Below are positions 36,628-45,344 of a DNA stretch of 64,000 bases, in pieces; within the stretch, counting starts at the first letter, position 1, and each line of letters opens with the position of its first letter. Made by a program: the position numbers and the translations under genes. The notes beneath the pieces are model-generated. The model worked only from the letters and a program-made list of their open reading frames with translations. It did no database searches and was not told where the DNA came from. This DNA is from Actinomycetota bacterium. GTDB taxonomy: Bacteria > Actinomycetota > Thermoleophilia > Gaiellales > Gaiellaceae. Where the stretch lies: contig PMOB01000007.1 of NCBI GenBank assembly GCA_003161615.1, positions 33,828 through 97,827 of the forward strand. Direction: 5' to 3'.

Positions 36628-36658
36628 GGTCGCCACGGCTGCGACACTAATCGGACGC

Positions 36659-36743
36659 GGCGGGGTGCCGGAGCGGTCTAACGGGTCGGTCTTGAAAACC
36701 GATGAGCCTTCGGGCTCCGTGAGTTCAAATCTCACCCCCGCCG
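36659..36743 (+). tRNA. tRNA-Ser (anticodon UGA)
   Basis: GGCGGGG acceptor, anticodon arm TCGGT-CTTGAAA-ACCGA, long variable arm, T arm GTGAG-TTCAAAT-CTCAC, CCCCGCC-G. Confidence 0.9.
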
Positions 36744-36756
36744 CTCGTCTGTAGCG

Positions 36757-37236
36757 TTGTCCGCGATGGTTGCGGGAGACGACCTACGCGGTCTGATGCG
36801 GCTCTGGCCGCACGGCGTCTCGATCCTCAGCGTCGACGTCGACGGCGACCGGATGGGCGTCACCGTCTCCTCCCTCGTCTCGCTCTCGCTCGAGCCGCCG
36901 CTGATCGGTGTCTCGATCGGCAAGGACGCCTCGTGCTACGAGCTCCTGCGCGCCGCCGGCCGCTTCGCGATCAGCCTCCTCGGCTCCGACCAGGAGGAGC
37001 TCGCGCGCCGCTTCGCCGCCGGCTATCCGCCAATCGTCCACTGGGAAGGAGTCCCGACGCGCGAGGCCACGATCGCGCCGCTGATCGACGGCGCGCTCGG
37101 CTGGATGGAGGCGGAGACCCGCACCGAGGTCGACGCCGGCGACCACACGTTCTTCATCGCCGACGTCCTCTCGCTCGCACACGGCCCGTCCCGCAACGCG
37201 CTCGTCTACCGCGAGAGCACCTACCACTCCGTTTGA
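36757..37236 (+). CDS. Flavin reductase family protein
   Basis: ...GVTVSSLVSLSLEPPLIGVSI..., DHTFFIADV. Confidence 0.85.
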   Translation: MSAMVAGDDLRGLMRLWPHGVSILSVDVDGDRMGVTVSSLVSLSLEPPLIGVSIGKDASCYELLRAAGRFAISLLGSDQEELARRFAAGYPPIVHWEGVPTREATIAPLIDGALGWMEAETRTEVDAGDHTFFIADVLSLAHGPSRNALVYRESTYHSV

Positions 37237-37883
37237 TCGAAGCCGTCGTCTTCGACCTCGACGGCGTGCTGCTCCAGTCGGAGGAGGTCTGGGACGCGGT
37301 GCGCGAGCACTACGTCCGCGAGCGCGGCGGACGGTACGACGAGCGGGTGCAGCGGGCGATGATGGGGATGAGCGCGCCGGAGTGGTCGCGCTACCTCCAC
37401 GACGACGCGGGCGTTCCCGACGAGCCGGAGACGATCAACCGCGAGGTCGTCCGGCTGATGCTCGAGGCGTACGCGCGCGAGCTTCCTCTCCTGCCCGGCG
37501 CGGTCGAAGCCGTTCGGGGGATCGCCGCCGAGTTCCCGCTCGCGCTCGCGTCCTCGTCCAACCGCACGATCTTCGAGGAGGTGCTCGAGCTCGCCGGGAT
37601 CGCGGACTGCTTTGCCGCGACAGTCTCGTCGGAGGAGGTCGAGCGCGGCAAGCCGGCGCCGGACGTCTATCTCGAGGCGGCGCGGCGGCTCGGCGTCGCG
37701 CCGGAGAACTGCGCTGCGGTCGAGGACTCGCACGCCGGAATCCGCTCGGCGCATGACGCCGGGATGCGCGTCATCGCGATCCCGAACGCGAGCTATCCGC
37801 CTGATGAAGAGGCCCTCGCGCTCGCCGACGTGACGTTCGCGTCGCTAGATGAGCTGACGGTCGGAGCCGTCAAAGGCGCGTAG
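37233..37883 (+). CDS. HAD-IA family hydrolase (beta-phosphoglucomutase-like)
   Basis: TTG start overlapping the previous stop. VVFDLDGVLL, SSSN, KPAPDVY, EDSHAGIRSA. Confidence 0.8.
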   Translation: MIEAVVFDLDGVLLQSEEVWDAVREHYVRERGGRYDERVQRAMMGMSAPEWSRYLHDDAGVPDEPETINREVVRLMLEAYARELPLLPGAVEAVRGIAAEFPLALASSSNRTIFEEVLELAGIADCFAATVSSEEVERGKPAPDVYLEAARRLGVAPENCAAVEDSHAGIRSAHDAGMRVIAIPNASYPPDEEALALADVTFASLDELTVGAVKGA

Positions 37884-38471
37884 GCCCGGCGCGATCGCCG
37901 GGTCGAAGTCCTCGCGGAACAGGGTGTAGATCGTGACGTCGCGGAGCGGCCCGCCGGCGCGACCGGGCAGCCGCCGCCGCAGCGTCGCCTCCTCCGTGAA
38001 GCCGAGCTTGAGCGGCACGCCCTTGCTCGCCTCGTTCTCGGGATCGATCCGGATCTCGATCCGGTCGGCCGCGCAGATCTCGAAGCCGACGCGCGTGAGC
38101 GCCGCGGTCGACTCCGTGACGAGCCCCTGCCGCGTCGCGCTCGCGCGGATGAAGTAGCCGATCTCGAGCCCGCCCTGCTCGACCCGCGGATGGAGGCCCG
38201 AACCGCCGAGCTGCTCGGTCTCGTCCGCGGAGAAGATCCCCATGACGAAGTTGTCGCCCGTGTCGAACTGGGCGCGGAACGACTTCAGCAGGTCGGTCTT
38301 CTCCTCGAGCGTCTGCGGCTCGAGCTCGACCCACGGCATCCATGGCCGCAGGTGGTCGAGGCTCGAGTCGATCGCGTCCTTGGTCAGCGGCGCGTCGCGC
38401 GGCTCGTAGCAGCGGACGACCAGCCGCTCGGTCTCGATGCGGTACGGCGCCGGCGGTCCCTCCCACGCCAT
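37845..38471 (-). CDS. GNAT family N-acetyltransferase (RimJ/RimL-like)
   Basis: Starts MAWEGPPAPYRIETERLVVR. ...GLVTESTAALTRVGF... The ATG shares one nt with the upstream stop (TGATG). Confidence 0.8.
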   Translation of the reverse strand: MAWEGPPAPYRIETERLVVRCYEPRDAPLTKDAIDSSLDHLRPWMPWVELEPQTLEEKTDLLKSFRAQFDTGDNFVMGIFSADETEQLGGSGLHPRVEQGGLEIGYFIRASATRQGLVTESTAALTRVGFEICAADRIEIRIDPENEASKGVPLKLGFTEEATLRRRLPGRAGGPLRDVTIYTLFREDFDPAIAPGLRAFDGSDRQLI

Positions 38472-39085
38472 CAAACCCTCCTGATCATCGTCAGGCCGTC
38501 GCGGATCGGGACGAGGACGCTCTCGACCCGCTCGTCCGCGCTGACGTGCTCGTTGAAGCGCACGATTCCCTCGTTGCCGTCGAGGGCGCCGAGTGTGTTG
38601 TCGGCAAGGATCAGCCCGTCGGGCGCGAGCTTCGGCAGGACGGCCTCGTAGTAGTCGACGTAGTCGGGTTTCCAGGCGTCGATGAAGACGAGGTCGAACG
38701 GCGGCCCCTCGAGCGCGGCGATCGTTTGGCCCGCATCTCCGACGATGTAGTCGATTCGGTCGGCGACGCCCATCTCCTCGGCGTAGCGCCGGGCGATCGC
38801 GGTCGTCTCCTCGTTCACGTCGAGCGCAATGAGCTTCCCGCCGGCGGGCAGCCCACGGGCGATCTCGATCGACGACCAGCCTGTGAAGACACCGATCTCG
38901 AGCACCCGCTGCGGCTTCATCAGCGTGACGAGAAAGCGCAGGAAAGCGCCCTCGTTCGGGCCGAGCGACATCTGCGGCGCGTCCTGCGTCGCCTCCGTCT
39001 CCTCTCCGAGCCGCCGGAGCGGATCGGCCGGCGGCGTCGTGTGCGACTCCGCGTATGTCTGAACTTCCTCGAAGTCGTAACTCAC
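38471..39085 (-). CDS. Class-I SAM-dependent O-methyltransferase (caffeoyl-CoA OMT-like)
   Basis: GTG start after GGGAGGA, overlapping the fabF stop (GTGA). VLEIGVFTGWSS, FDLVFIDA. Confidence 0.85.
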   Translation of the reverse strand: MSYDFEEVQTYAESHTTPPADPLRRLGEETEATQDAPQMSLGPNEGAFLRFLVTLMKPQRVLEIGVFTGWSSIEIARGLPAGGKLIALDVNEETTAIARRYAEEMGVADRIDYIVGDAGQTIAALEGPPFDLVFIDAWKPDYVDYYEAVLPKLAPDGLILADNTLGALDGNEGIVRFNEHVSADERVESVLVPIRDGLTMIRRV

Positions 39086-40347
39086 GCAATCCTCCCTACG
39101 AGTACGCAGCCGTTGTGGCCGCCGAGGCCCATCGCGTTCGAGAGCGCCACGTCCACCTGCGCCTGCCGCGCCTCGTTCGGAACGTAGTCGAGATCGCAAT
39201 CCGGGTCGGGATGGACGTAGTTCATCGTCGGCGGCAGGACGCCGTCGCGGACCGCGAGGACGCACATCATCGCCTCGATCGCGCCGGCCGCTCCGAAGCA
39301 GTGACCGGTGACGGACTTCGTGGAAGAGACCGCGAGCTTGTAGGCGTGGTCACCGAAGACGGCCTTGATCGCATTCGTCTCGGCGAGGTCTCCCTGCGGC
39401 GTCGAGGTGCCGTGCGCGTTGATGTAGCCGACGCGTTCCGGCTCGACCCCGGCGCGCTCGAGCGCGTGCCGCATCATCTCCGCGACGCCGAGGGACTCGG
39501 GATCGGGTTGCGCGAGATGGTGCGCGTCGTTCGAGGCGCCATAGCCGAGAATCTCCGCGTAGATCGTGGCGCCGCGACGCTCGGCAGCCTCCAGCTCCTC
39601 GAGCACGAGGACGCACGCGCCCTCGCCCATCACGAAGCCCGCACGCGTCGCGTCGAACGGACGGGAGGCGCGGGGAGGGTGCTCCTCCTCGGCAGCCAGC
39701 CCGCGCATCGCGCAGAAGCCGGCGAGGATCAGCGGTGTGATGCACGCCTCGGAGCCGCCGGCGAGGACGGCGTCCGCATCGCCACGCTTGATCAGCTCCG
39801 CCGCCTCTCCCACCGCAGTCGAGCCGGTCGCGCAGGCGGAGACAGGCGCGTAGTTCGGGCCGCGGAAGCCGGTTGCGATCGCGAGCTGCCCGCTCGCGGT
39901 GTCGACGAGAACGTTGGGGATGAAGGTCGGCGCGACGCGGCCGGGGCCGCGTTCGCGCAGCACGTCGACCTGCTCGACGATCCCTGCGATCCCGCCGATC
40001 GCGGTGCCGAAGAGGATCCCGACCCGGTCCGGCGTGTACGCGCCGTCGAGCTTCGCGTCCGCCACCGCCTCACGCGCCGCTCCCAGCGCGAGCAGGACGT
40101 TGCGGTCGAGCCGGCGCGCCTCCTTCGGCGGCGCCACGGCGGATGGGTCGAAGTCCTTCACCTCGGCAGCGACCCGGACGGGGAAATCGCTCGCGTCGAA
40201 GGAGCTGATCCAGTCGATGCCGCTCTCTCCCGCGACGGCCGCGCGCCACGTCGACGGCGCATCGCCGCCGATCGGCGTCACCGCTCCGAGCCCCGTGACC
40301 ACAACCCTCCGCACATGTGCTCCTTCAGTTGATGTTTCTGCGTTCAT
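39082..40347 (-). CDS. fabF: Beta-ketoacyl-ACP synthase II
   Basis: RRVVVTGLGAVTPIG. Active-site Cys region (PVSACATGS), HGTSTPQGD, GHCFGAAG. Confidence 0.9.
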   Translation of the reverse strand: MNAETSTEGAHVRRVVVTGLGAVTPIGGDAPSTWRAAVAGESGIDWISSFDASDFPVRVAAEVKDFDPSAVAPPKEARRLDRNVLLALGAAREAVADAKLDGAYTPDRVGILFGTAIGGIAGIVEQVDVLRERGPGRVAPTFIPNVLVDTASGQLAIATGFRGPNYAPVSACATGSTAVGEAAELIKRGDADAVLAGGSEACITPLILAGFCAMRGLAAEEEHPPRASRPFDATRAGFVMGEGACVLVLEELEAAERRGATIYAEILGYGASNDAHHLAQPDPESLGVAEMMRHALERAGVEPERVGYINAHGTSTPQGDLAETNAIKAVFGDHAYKLAVSSTKSVTGHCFGAAGAIEAMMCVLAVRDGVLPPTMNYVHPDPDCDLDYVPNEARQAQVDVALSNAMGLGGHNGCVLVGRIA

Positions 40348-40492
40348 GGCGAGCGAAAAGCGAGCGAGGACGCCGCCTCGCGACGCTTTGCAGCCGCCAG
40401 GGACGCGGAGGGCATCTGCTGAAGGAGCACCAGTCGAGGTTACATTCGGGCCCGTGCCCGACGCCCCCGGCCCCAACGTCCCGTTCCCGCCG

Positions 40493-41476
40493 ATGGAGGC
40501 GGAGCTCGTCTCCGAGCTGCCGGTCGGAGGCGGCTGGCGCTACGAGCCGAAGTGGGACGGCTTCCGCGGCGTGCTCGAGAACGACGGCGGCGAGCTCGCG
40601 CTCTGGTCGCGCAACGGCCGGCCGCTGCTCCGCTACTTCCCGGAGCTGCGCGAGGTCGGCGAGCTGCTGCCGCCGCACTCCGCGCTCGACGGCGAGATCG
40701 TGATCGCGCGCGGCGGCGCACTCGACTTCGACGCGATGCAGATGCGCCTCCATCCGGCCGAGAGCCGCGTCCGCAAGCTCGCGGCGGAGATCCCCGCGAC
40801 GTTCGTCGCCTTCGACCTCCTGCTGTGGAAGGGGAAGCCGGTGCACGAGAAGCCGATCGAGAAGCGGCGCGCCGAGCTGGAGAAAGTCGCGGCCGGAACC
40901 GTCCAGCTCTCGCCCGTCTCCGACGATGTCGAGCAGGGACGCGAGTGGCTGCAGACGCTGCAGGCCGCCGGCTTCGACGGAGTCGTCGCCAAGCGGCTGG
41001 GACTGCCCTATCTACCCGGCTCGCGCGACGGCGTCGTCAAGGTCAAGCCGCACAAGACCGCGGACTGCGTCGTCGCCGGCATCCGCTGGAAGAAGGGCGG
41101 CCGCGAGACGATCGCCACGCTGCTTCTCGGCCTCTACGACAAGGACGGCAAACTGAACTACGTCGGCTCTGCGGCGGTCGGCGCGAAGAACCAGGCGGAG
41201 ATCGCCGCGAAGGTGCTCCCGCTGCTCGACAAGAAGAGCGACCGGCGCTTCAGCGAGCCGAACCGCTGGGGAACGGGCGAGCTCGAGGAGGCGCCGCTCA
41301 AGCCGAAGCTCGTCGTCGAGGTGCGCTTCGACAAGCTCGAGAAGCACCGCTTCCGGCACGGGACGCGTCTAATCCGGTTCCGCGAGGACAAGGACCCGGC
41401 CCAGTGCACCTGGCGCGAGGTTCGCCCGGCCCGAAGGCCGGACGACCTCGCTGTGGAGGATCTCCTCCGGAACTAG
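40493..41476 (+). CDS. ATP-dependent DNA ligase (LigC / LigD-ligase-domain type)
   Basis: Adenylation motif YEPKWDGFR, ...DGEIV..., FDGVVAKR, VKVKP. Confidence 0.9.
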   Translation: MEAELVSELPVGGGWRYEPKWDGFRGVLENDGGELALWSRNGRPLLRYFPELREVGELLPPHSALDGEIVIARGGALDFDAMQMRLHPAESRVRKLAAEIPATFVAFDLLLWKGKPVHEKPIEKRRAELEKVAAGTVQLSPVSDDVEQGREWLQTLQAAGFDGVVAKRLGLPYLPGSRDGVVKVKPHKTADCVVAGIRWKKGGRETIATLLLGLYDKDGKLNYVGSAAVGAKNQAEIAAKVLPLLDKKSDRRFSEPNRWGTGELEEAPLKPKLVVEVRFDKLEKHRFRHGTRLIRFREDKDPAQCTWREVRPARRPDDLAVEDLLRN

Positions 41477-42144
41477 ACGGTCGTCGCGGCCGGCGCGTCG
41501 GCCGTCCGCTGCACGAGCAGGAGACTCGAGAGCGCGACCCAGACCGCGAAGACGATGAAACCGATCAGCCCCATCCCGCCGCTGATCGAGAAGAAGCCCT
41601 TGCTCTTGACGGCGATGCCCGCGAGCAGGAACACGACGGAGCCGACGAGAGTCAGCCACGCGTACCAGTCCGGCAGCGCCTTCGAGCGCTTCGTCGCGAG
41701 CCAGCTTGCGAGCCCGAGTGCGGCGAGAGCCCAGAAGACCCGGCCGTACAGCCACGCATCGACGCCGTAGAGCGCCCTGACGGTGTTCGGATCGGTCGTG
41801 TACGAGAGCTTCTCGAGCGCGACGAGGATGCCGTCCGCAATCGCCGCGATCGCCACGGTCGCGACGCCCGCGCCGTAGACGATCGTCGCCAGCCGGCCCT
41901 GCCCTGCCTCGCGGAACATCCCGGCGAAGCTGGCGAGGAACCAGAGGAAGAGGATGTAGCCGACGCCGAAGAGCACCGCGCCGATCAGCAGTTCCTTGTG
42001 CTTCCCCTGCAGATAGGACTGGATGTCGCCGGCCGAGGCGTTCCATTTCTTCGGGCTGCCCGGCAACAAGTTGCCGACGACGAGCAGGATCGCGAACGCG
42101 AGACCCGTCGACGCCGCCCACCGCTCCACTGACCACTTGTTCAT
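41473..42144 (-). CDS. Hypothetical multi-pass membrane protein
   Basis: 223 aa with about six hydrophobic helices. No family recognised. Confidence 0.6.
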   Translation of the reverse strand: MNKWSVERWAASTGLAFAILLVVGNLLPGSPKKWNASAGDIQSYLQGKHKELLIGAVLFGVGYILFLWFLASFAGMFREAGQGRLATIVYGAGVATVAIAAIADGILVALEKLSYTTDPNTVRALYGVDAWLYGRVFWALAALGLASWLATKRSKALPDWYAWLTLVGSVVFLLAGIAVKSKGFFSISGGMGLIGFIVFAVWVALSSLLLVQRTADAPAATTV

Positions 42145-42189
42145 CTATCCCTCCCGGTTTGTGACCGATGGCACGATTCGGGTGGAGGG

Positions 42190-43236
42190 TCAGGACTCCT
42201 TCCGCGCGCGCGAGGGCTGGACGCGCTTCGGCTCGCCGGGCATCTTCGGGAAGTTCGGCGGATACGGCGCCTCGCCGACGCCTTCGGCCTCCTCCCGTTC
42301 CACCCACTCGAAGAGCTTGCGGAGGTCGCAGAGCGAGTCGTCGATCCCGGCCTGGACGTCGCCGAGCTCGGCGAACCGCGCCGGCATTGTGGCCATGGTG
42401 AAGTCCTCGGTCACGAGGCCGTCGAGCTCGTCCCAGCGGAACGGCGCGGAGACGGTCGCGTCGGGGCGAGCGCGGACGGAGTAGGCGGAGGCGATCGTCC
42501 GGTCGCGCGCGTTCTGGTTGTAGTCGATGAAGACGCGCTTGCCGCGCTCCTCCTTCCACCACGCGGTCGTCACGAGCTTCGGCGCGCGCCGCTCGATCTC
42601 GCGTGCGAAAGCGAGCGCGCAGCGGCGCACCTCGCGGAAGCCCCACTTCGGCTCGATCCGGCAGGCGATATGGATGCCGCGGTTTCCCGACGTCTTCGGC
42701 CAGCCGGCGAAGCCGAGCTCGTCGAGCGCCTCCTGCACGATCGCCGCGACCTGCTTCGCGTGTTTGAAAGTGGTGCCTGGCTGCGGGTCGACGTCGATCC
42801 GCAGCTCGTCGGGATGCTCGACATCCTTGCGCCGCGACGGCCACGGGTGGAAGTCGATCGTGCCGAGGTTCGCCGCCCACGCGACGTGCGCGAGCTCGGT
42901 GACGCAGAGTTCGTCGGCGGTGCGGCCGGAGGGAAACGTCACGGTCGCGGTCTCGATCCAGTCCGGCCGGTGCTGCGGCACGCGCTTCTGGTAGATCGCC
43001 TCGCCCTCCGCGCCGTCGGGGTGCCGCTTCAGCTGAGTCGGTCGCTCGTAGAGCGCGCGCACGATCCCGTCGCCGACCGAAAGGTAGTACTGGACGAGGT
43101 CGAGCTTCGTCTCCTTCCGCTTCCGGAAGAAGAGCTTGTCCGGGTTCGTCACCTTGACGGTGCGCTTCCCGACCTCGAGCTCGACAAAAGGGGAGTCGGC
43201 CATCTGCGGAGTATTCTGGCGGTCGTGTTGGAGCAT
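42190..43236 (-). CDS. NHEJ DNA polymerase/primase (LigD polymerase domain, stand-alone)
   Basis: VTNPDKLFF, ...DFHPWPSR..., RIDVDP, KTSGNRGIHI, FIDYNQNARDRT. An alternative start is MADSPF at 43203. Confidence 0.85.
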   Translation of the reverse strand: MLQHDRQNTPQMADSPFVELEVGKRTVKVTNPDKLFFRKRKETKLDLVQYYLSVGDGIVRALYERPTQLKRHPDGAEGEAIYQKRVPQHRPDWIETATVTFPSGRTADELCVTELAHVAWAANLGTIDFHPWPSRRKDVEHPDELRIDVDPQPGTTFKHAKQVAAIVQEALDELGFAGWPKTSGNRGIHIACRIEPKWGFREVRRCALAFAREIERRAPKLVTTAWWKEERGKRVFIDYNQNARDRTIASAYSVRARPDATVSAPFRWDELDGLVTEDFTMATMPARFAELGDVQAGIDDSLCDLRKLFEWVEREEAEGVGEAPYPPNFPKMPGEPKRVQPSRARKES

Positions 43237-43515
43237 CCGCGTCCCACCAGACTCGCGCTAGAGCCGCTAGACGACTTCGTCGTCGTCGAGTACGCCGAGG
43301 AGGAGGCTGAGACGCGCGCCGGGCTGATCCTGCCGGCAAGCCTCGAGGCGCACTGCCGCAGTGGCATCGTCATCGCGGCCGGTCCGGAGGCGGAGGGCGT
43401 GTCGCCCGGCGACAAGGTGCTCTTCCCGAAGGACGCCGGCTACGACGTCCGGCTCGGCGGGACATCGCAGAAGGTGCTGAAGCGCGAGCACCTCATCGCC
43501 CGCATCCTCGACTGA
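43225..43515 (+). CDS. GroES/Cpn10-like small protein (orphan; no groEL follows)
   Basis: GTG/TTG start. LEPLDDFVVVEYAEEEAETRAGLILPAS...GIVIAAGP...PGDKVLFPKDAGYDV follows the Cpn10 pattern. Confidence 0.6.
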   Translation: MLEHPRPTRLALEPLDDFVVVEYAEEEAETRAGLILPASLEAHCRSGIVIAAGPEAEGVSPGDKVLFPKDAGYDVRLGGTSQKVLKREHLIARILD

Positions 43516-43523
43516 GGGTGCGA

Positions 43524-43542
43524 GGCCCGGCCTAGCCGGGCC
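43524..43542 (+). terminator. Hairpin after the GroES-like gene
   Basis: GGCCCGGC-cta-GCCGGGCC, an 8-bp perfect stem. Confidence 0.4.
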
Positions 43543-43550
43543 ACGCGAAG

Positions 43551-43639
43551 CGGAGAGGAAGGGATTTGAACCCTCGAGGCACGTTTCCGCACCCACGCGA
43601 TTTCCAGTCGCGCTCCTTCGACCGCTCGGACACCTCTCC
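43551..43639 (-). tRNA. tRNA-Ser (anticodon GGA)
   Basis: The reverse complement starts GGAGAGGTGTCCGAGCGG... Anticodon arm CGCGA-CTGGAAA-TCGCG, long variable arm, T arm GAGGG-TTCAAAT-CCCTT, CCTCTCC-G. Confidence 0.9.
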
Positions 43640-43691
43640 GAGAGCGCCTCAGGGTATCGGCACAGGCGCGCAGGCGAATGGCGGAGCAACC

Positions 43692-43724
43692 CGGGCGGGC
43701 GGCAGGAGCAAAGCCGCCCGCCCG
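43692..43724 (-). terminator. Strong hairpin downstream of the HTH-TPR gene
   Basis: CGGGCGGGCGGC-aggagcaaa-GCCGCCCGCCCG, a 12-bp perfect stem. Confidence 0.5.
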
Positions 43725-43822
43725 CTCTCTCGCTGCGCCGCAAGCTACGACGAGAAGGCTAAGTCGTGTGCCTGTCTCTAGTCAACACCGATAGTAGCGA
43801 CGTTGACTTGAGTGCGTTGCCG

Positions 43823-45100
43823 CTACTCGGCGATGTCCGTTGCGGCCTTGAGCACCCGCAGCGCGCCTGACGTGTCGCCGTCGGCCTCGAGGAGATCGGC
43901 GAGCCTCCGGGAGGCCGAGAGGAGGTAGGGCTTCCCGTACTCCTTCAGCAGGTCGATTCCCCGCTGGTAGAGGCTTTTGGCCTGTTTGCCGTCCCCGACT
44001 GCGGCGAAGAGGTCTCCAAGGGTGACATAGGCGCGCCCGCGATCGCCGGGATCGATCCAGTCGATCAGCGCGAGCGCCTTCGCGCCGGCCTTCGCGGCCT
44101 GACTCCGGCGGCGGAGCAGCATGAGCGCCCGCGCCTCCTCGAGCGCGAACTTCGCTTCGTCGCGAGGGCTCATCTCGGCGCCGAAGAGCTCGCGGCCCTT
44201 CTGCAAGAGGCCGAGAGCAGCTTCCGCATTCCCGGCTTCGATCTCGGAGAAGGCCAGGAGGTGATAGGCCATTGCGACGTACGCGTCGTTTTCGGTTCGC
44301 TCGAGAATGTCGAGCGCCCGCCTCGCGTATCGCGCCGCGAGCTGCGGCTCGCTCCGGAGAGCATGCAGTCGAGACTGCGACCAGTAGAGGCGAGCCTCGA
44401 CGAGGGGGTCCTCGAGCTCGCTCGCGAGCTGGATCACGCCGGCCAGCGTTTCCTCGGCGTCGCCGAGCGTGCCGTGGTCGATGAGGGCATTCGCGAGCAG
44501 GACGGCGAAGCGCAACTCCTCGAGCCGGGCCGACGCGGCCTTGGCCGCCTCGAGCGCCTGACTGAAGAGCGCGATCGCGCTTTCGCGGTCTCCCGCGGTC
44601 GCGTAGGCACGGCCGAGCGTCTCGACGGCACCTGGATCGATGAGGAAGGAGCGCTCGCGCACCTTGAGCGCGTGCTCCAGATAGTCGATCGCCTCGGCCA
44701 CACGCTCCTCGCGAAAGGCGATCTGGCCAAGGCCGGCCAGCGCGGCGGCGTAGGCGGGATCCGAGGGCCGCAGGCGGGCCTGGAAGAGCTGGCGCGCCTC
44801 GTCGAGATCCCCGAGGCGGGCCGCGACCTCGGCATCGAGGATCTCGGCGGGATTCTCTCCGCCGAGCTGTTCCACTCCGGCTGCAAGCCATTCCGGCGAG
44901 ACGCCGAGCCTCCGTGCCAGCTCGTGGATCAGCTGTAGGGACGGAACACGCGCGCCGGCCTCGATGCGGCTGATGTAAGGGGCGGTGCAGTTCGGGAACG
45001 AGAGCTCGCGCTGCGTCATCCCGGCGTTCTCGCGGGCCAGGCGCAGCCGGATCGCCAACTGTTTCGGACCGTCGACGTGGGTGGCTGGGGCGCGGGGCAC
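43823..45100 (-). CDS. XRE-family HTH + TPR-repeat transcriptional regulator
   Basis: GTG start. LRLARENAGMTQRELSFPNCTAPYISRIEAGARVPSLQLIHELARRLGV (HTH_XRE), followed by about 330 aa of TPR-like helical repeats. Confidence 0.85.
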   Translation of the reverse strand: MPRAPATHVDGPKQLAIRLRLARENAGMTQRELSFPNCTAPYISRIEAGARVPSLQLIHELARRLGVSPEWLAAGVEQLGGENPAEILDAEVAARLGDLDEARQLFQARLRPSDPAYAAALAGLGQIAFREERVAEAIDYLEHALKVRERSFLIDPGAVETLGRAYATAGDRESAIALFSQALEAAKAASARLEELRFAVLLANALIDHGTLGDAEETLAGVIQLASELEDPLVEARLYWSQSRLHALRSEPQLAARYARRALDILERTENDAYVAMAYHLLAFSEIEAGNAEAALGLLQKGRELFGAEMSPRDEAKFALEEARALMLLRRRSQAAKAGAKALALIDWIDPGDRGRAYVTLGDLFAAVGDGKQAKSLYQRGIDLLKEYGKPYLLSASRRLADLLEADGDTSGALRVLKAATDIAE

Positions 45101-45121
45101 GACTCCATCTTAGTTCCCAGT

Positions 45122-45133
45122 TAAGGCGCCTTA
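45122..45133. promoter_or_regulatory. Perfect 12-bp palindrome in the divergent promoter region (operator candidate)
   Basis: TAAGGCGCCTTA, 22 nt upstream of the regulator's GTG and 111 nt upstream of the mini-gene's GTG. Confidence 0.35.
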
Positions 45134-45243
45134 CTCGCGTAACTGTCCCTGCCAGTCGGGTTTGCCAGATAGGCGACCCGCACGAACAATGTCCGAACCC
45201 CCGGGGGCTCGCTCATTCACTTCGAACTCAAAGGAGCAGCCCC

Positions 45244-45330
45244 GTGCGTCGTTTCCTCTTGCCTGCTGTCCTAGCCGTGCTCGTGATCGCCGGCTCGATG
45301 TTTCTCGCCTCCGGGCCGTACTGGCCGTAG
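45244..45330 (+). CDS. 28-aa signal-peptide-like mini-protein MRRFLLPAVLAVLVIAGSMFLASGPYWP (candidate pro-peptide or small membrane protein)
   Basis: AAGGAG lies 7 nt upstream of GTG 45244. G/C-rich third positions. TAG stop at 45328-45330, followed 14 nt later by a 12-bp hairpin. Confidence 0.4.
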   Translation: MRRFLLPAVLAVLVIAGSMFLASGPYWP

Positions 45331-45344
45331 GAAGCTCGCGACCT

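Noticed and set aside
40493-43515. A complete NHEJ locus (Ku + LigD), and a groES-groEL operon.
   Set aside because: No Ku-like ORF and no groEL are present. The GroES-like ORF is followed by a hairpin and a tRNA, so it is reported as an orphan with moderate confidence.
43780-43812. A 7-bp inverted repeat AGTCAAC..GTTGACT just downstream of the HTH-TPR stop. A possible downstream peptide gene (the usual RRNPP position) was also sought here.
   Set aside because: No SD-preceded small ORF fits between the stop (43823) and the strong terminator (43692-43724). The short repeat is too weak to interpret. The divergent mini-gene at 45244 is the better peptide candidate.
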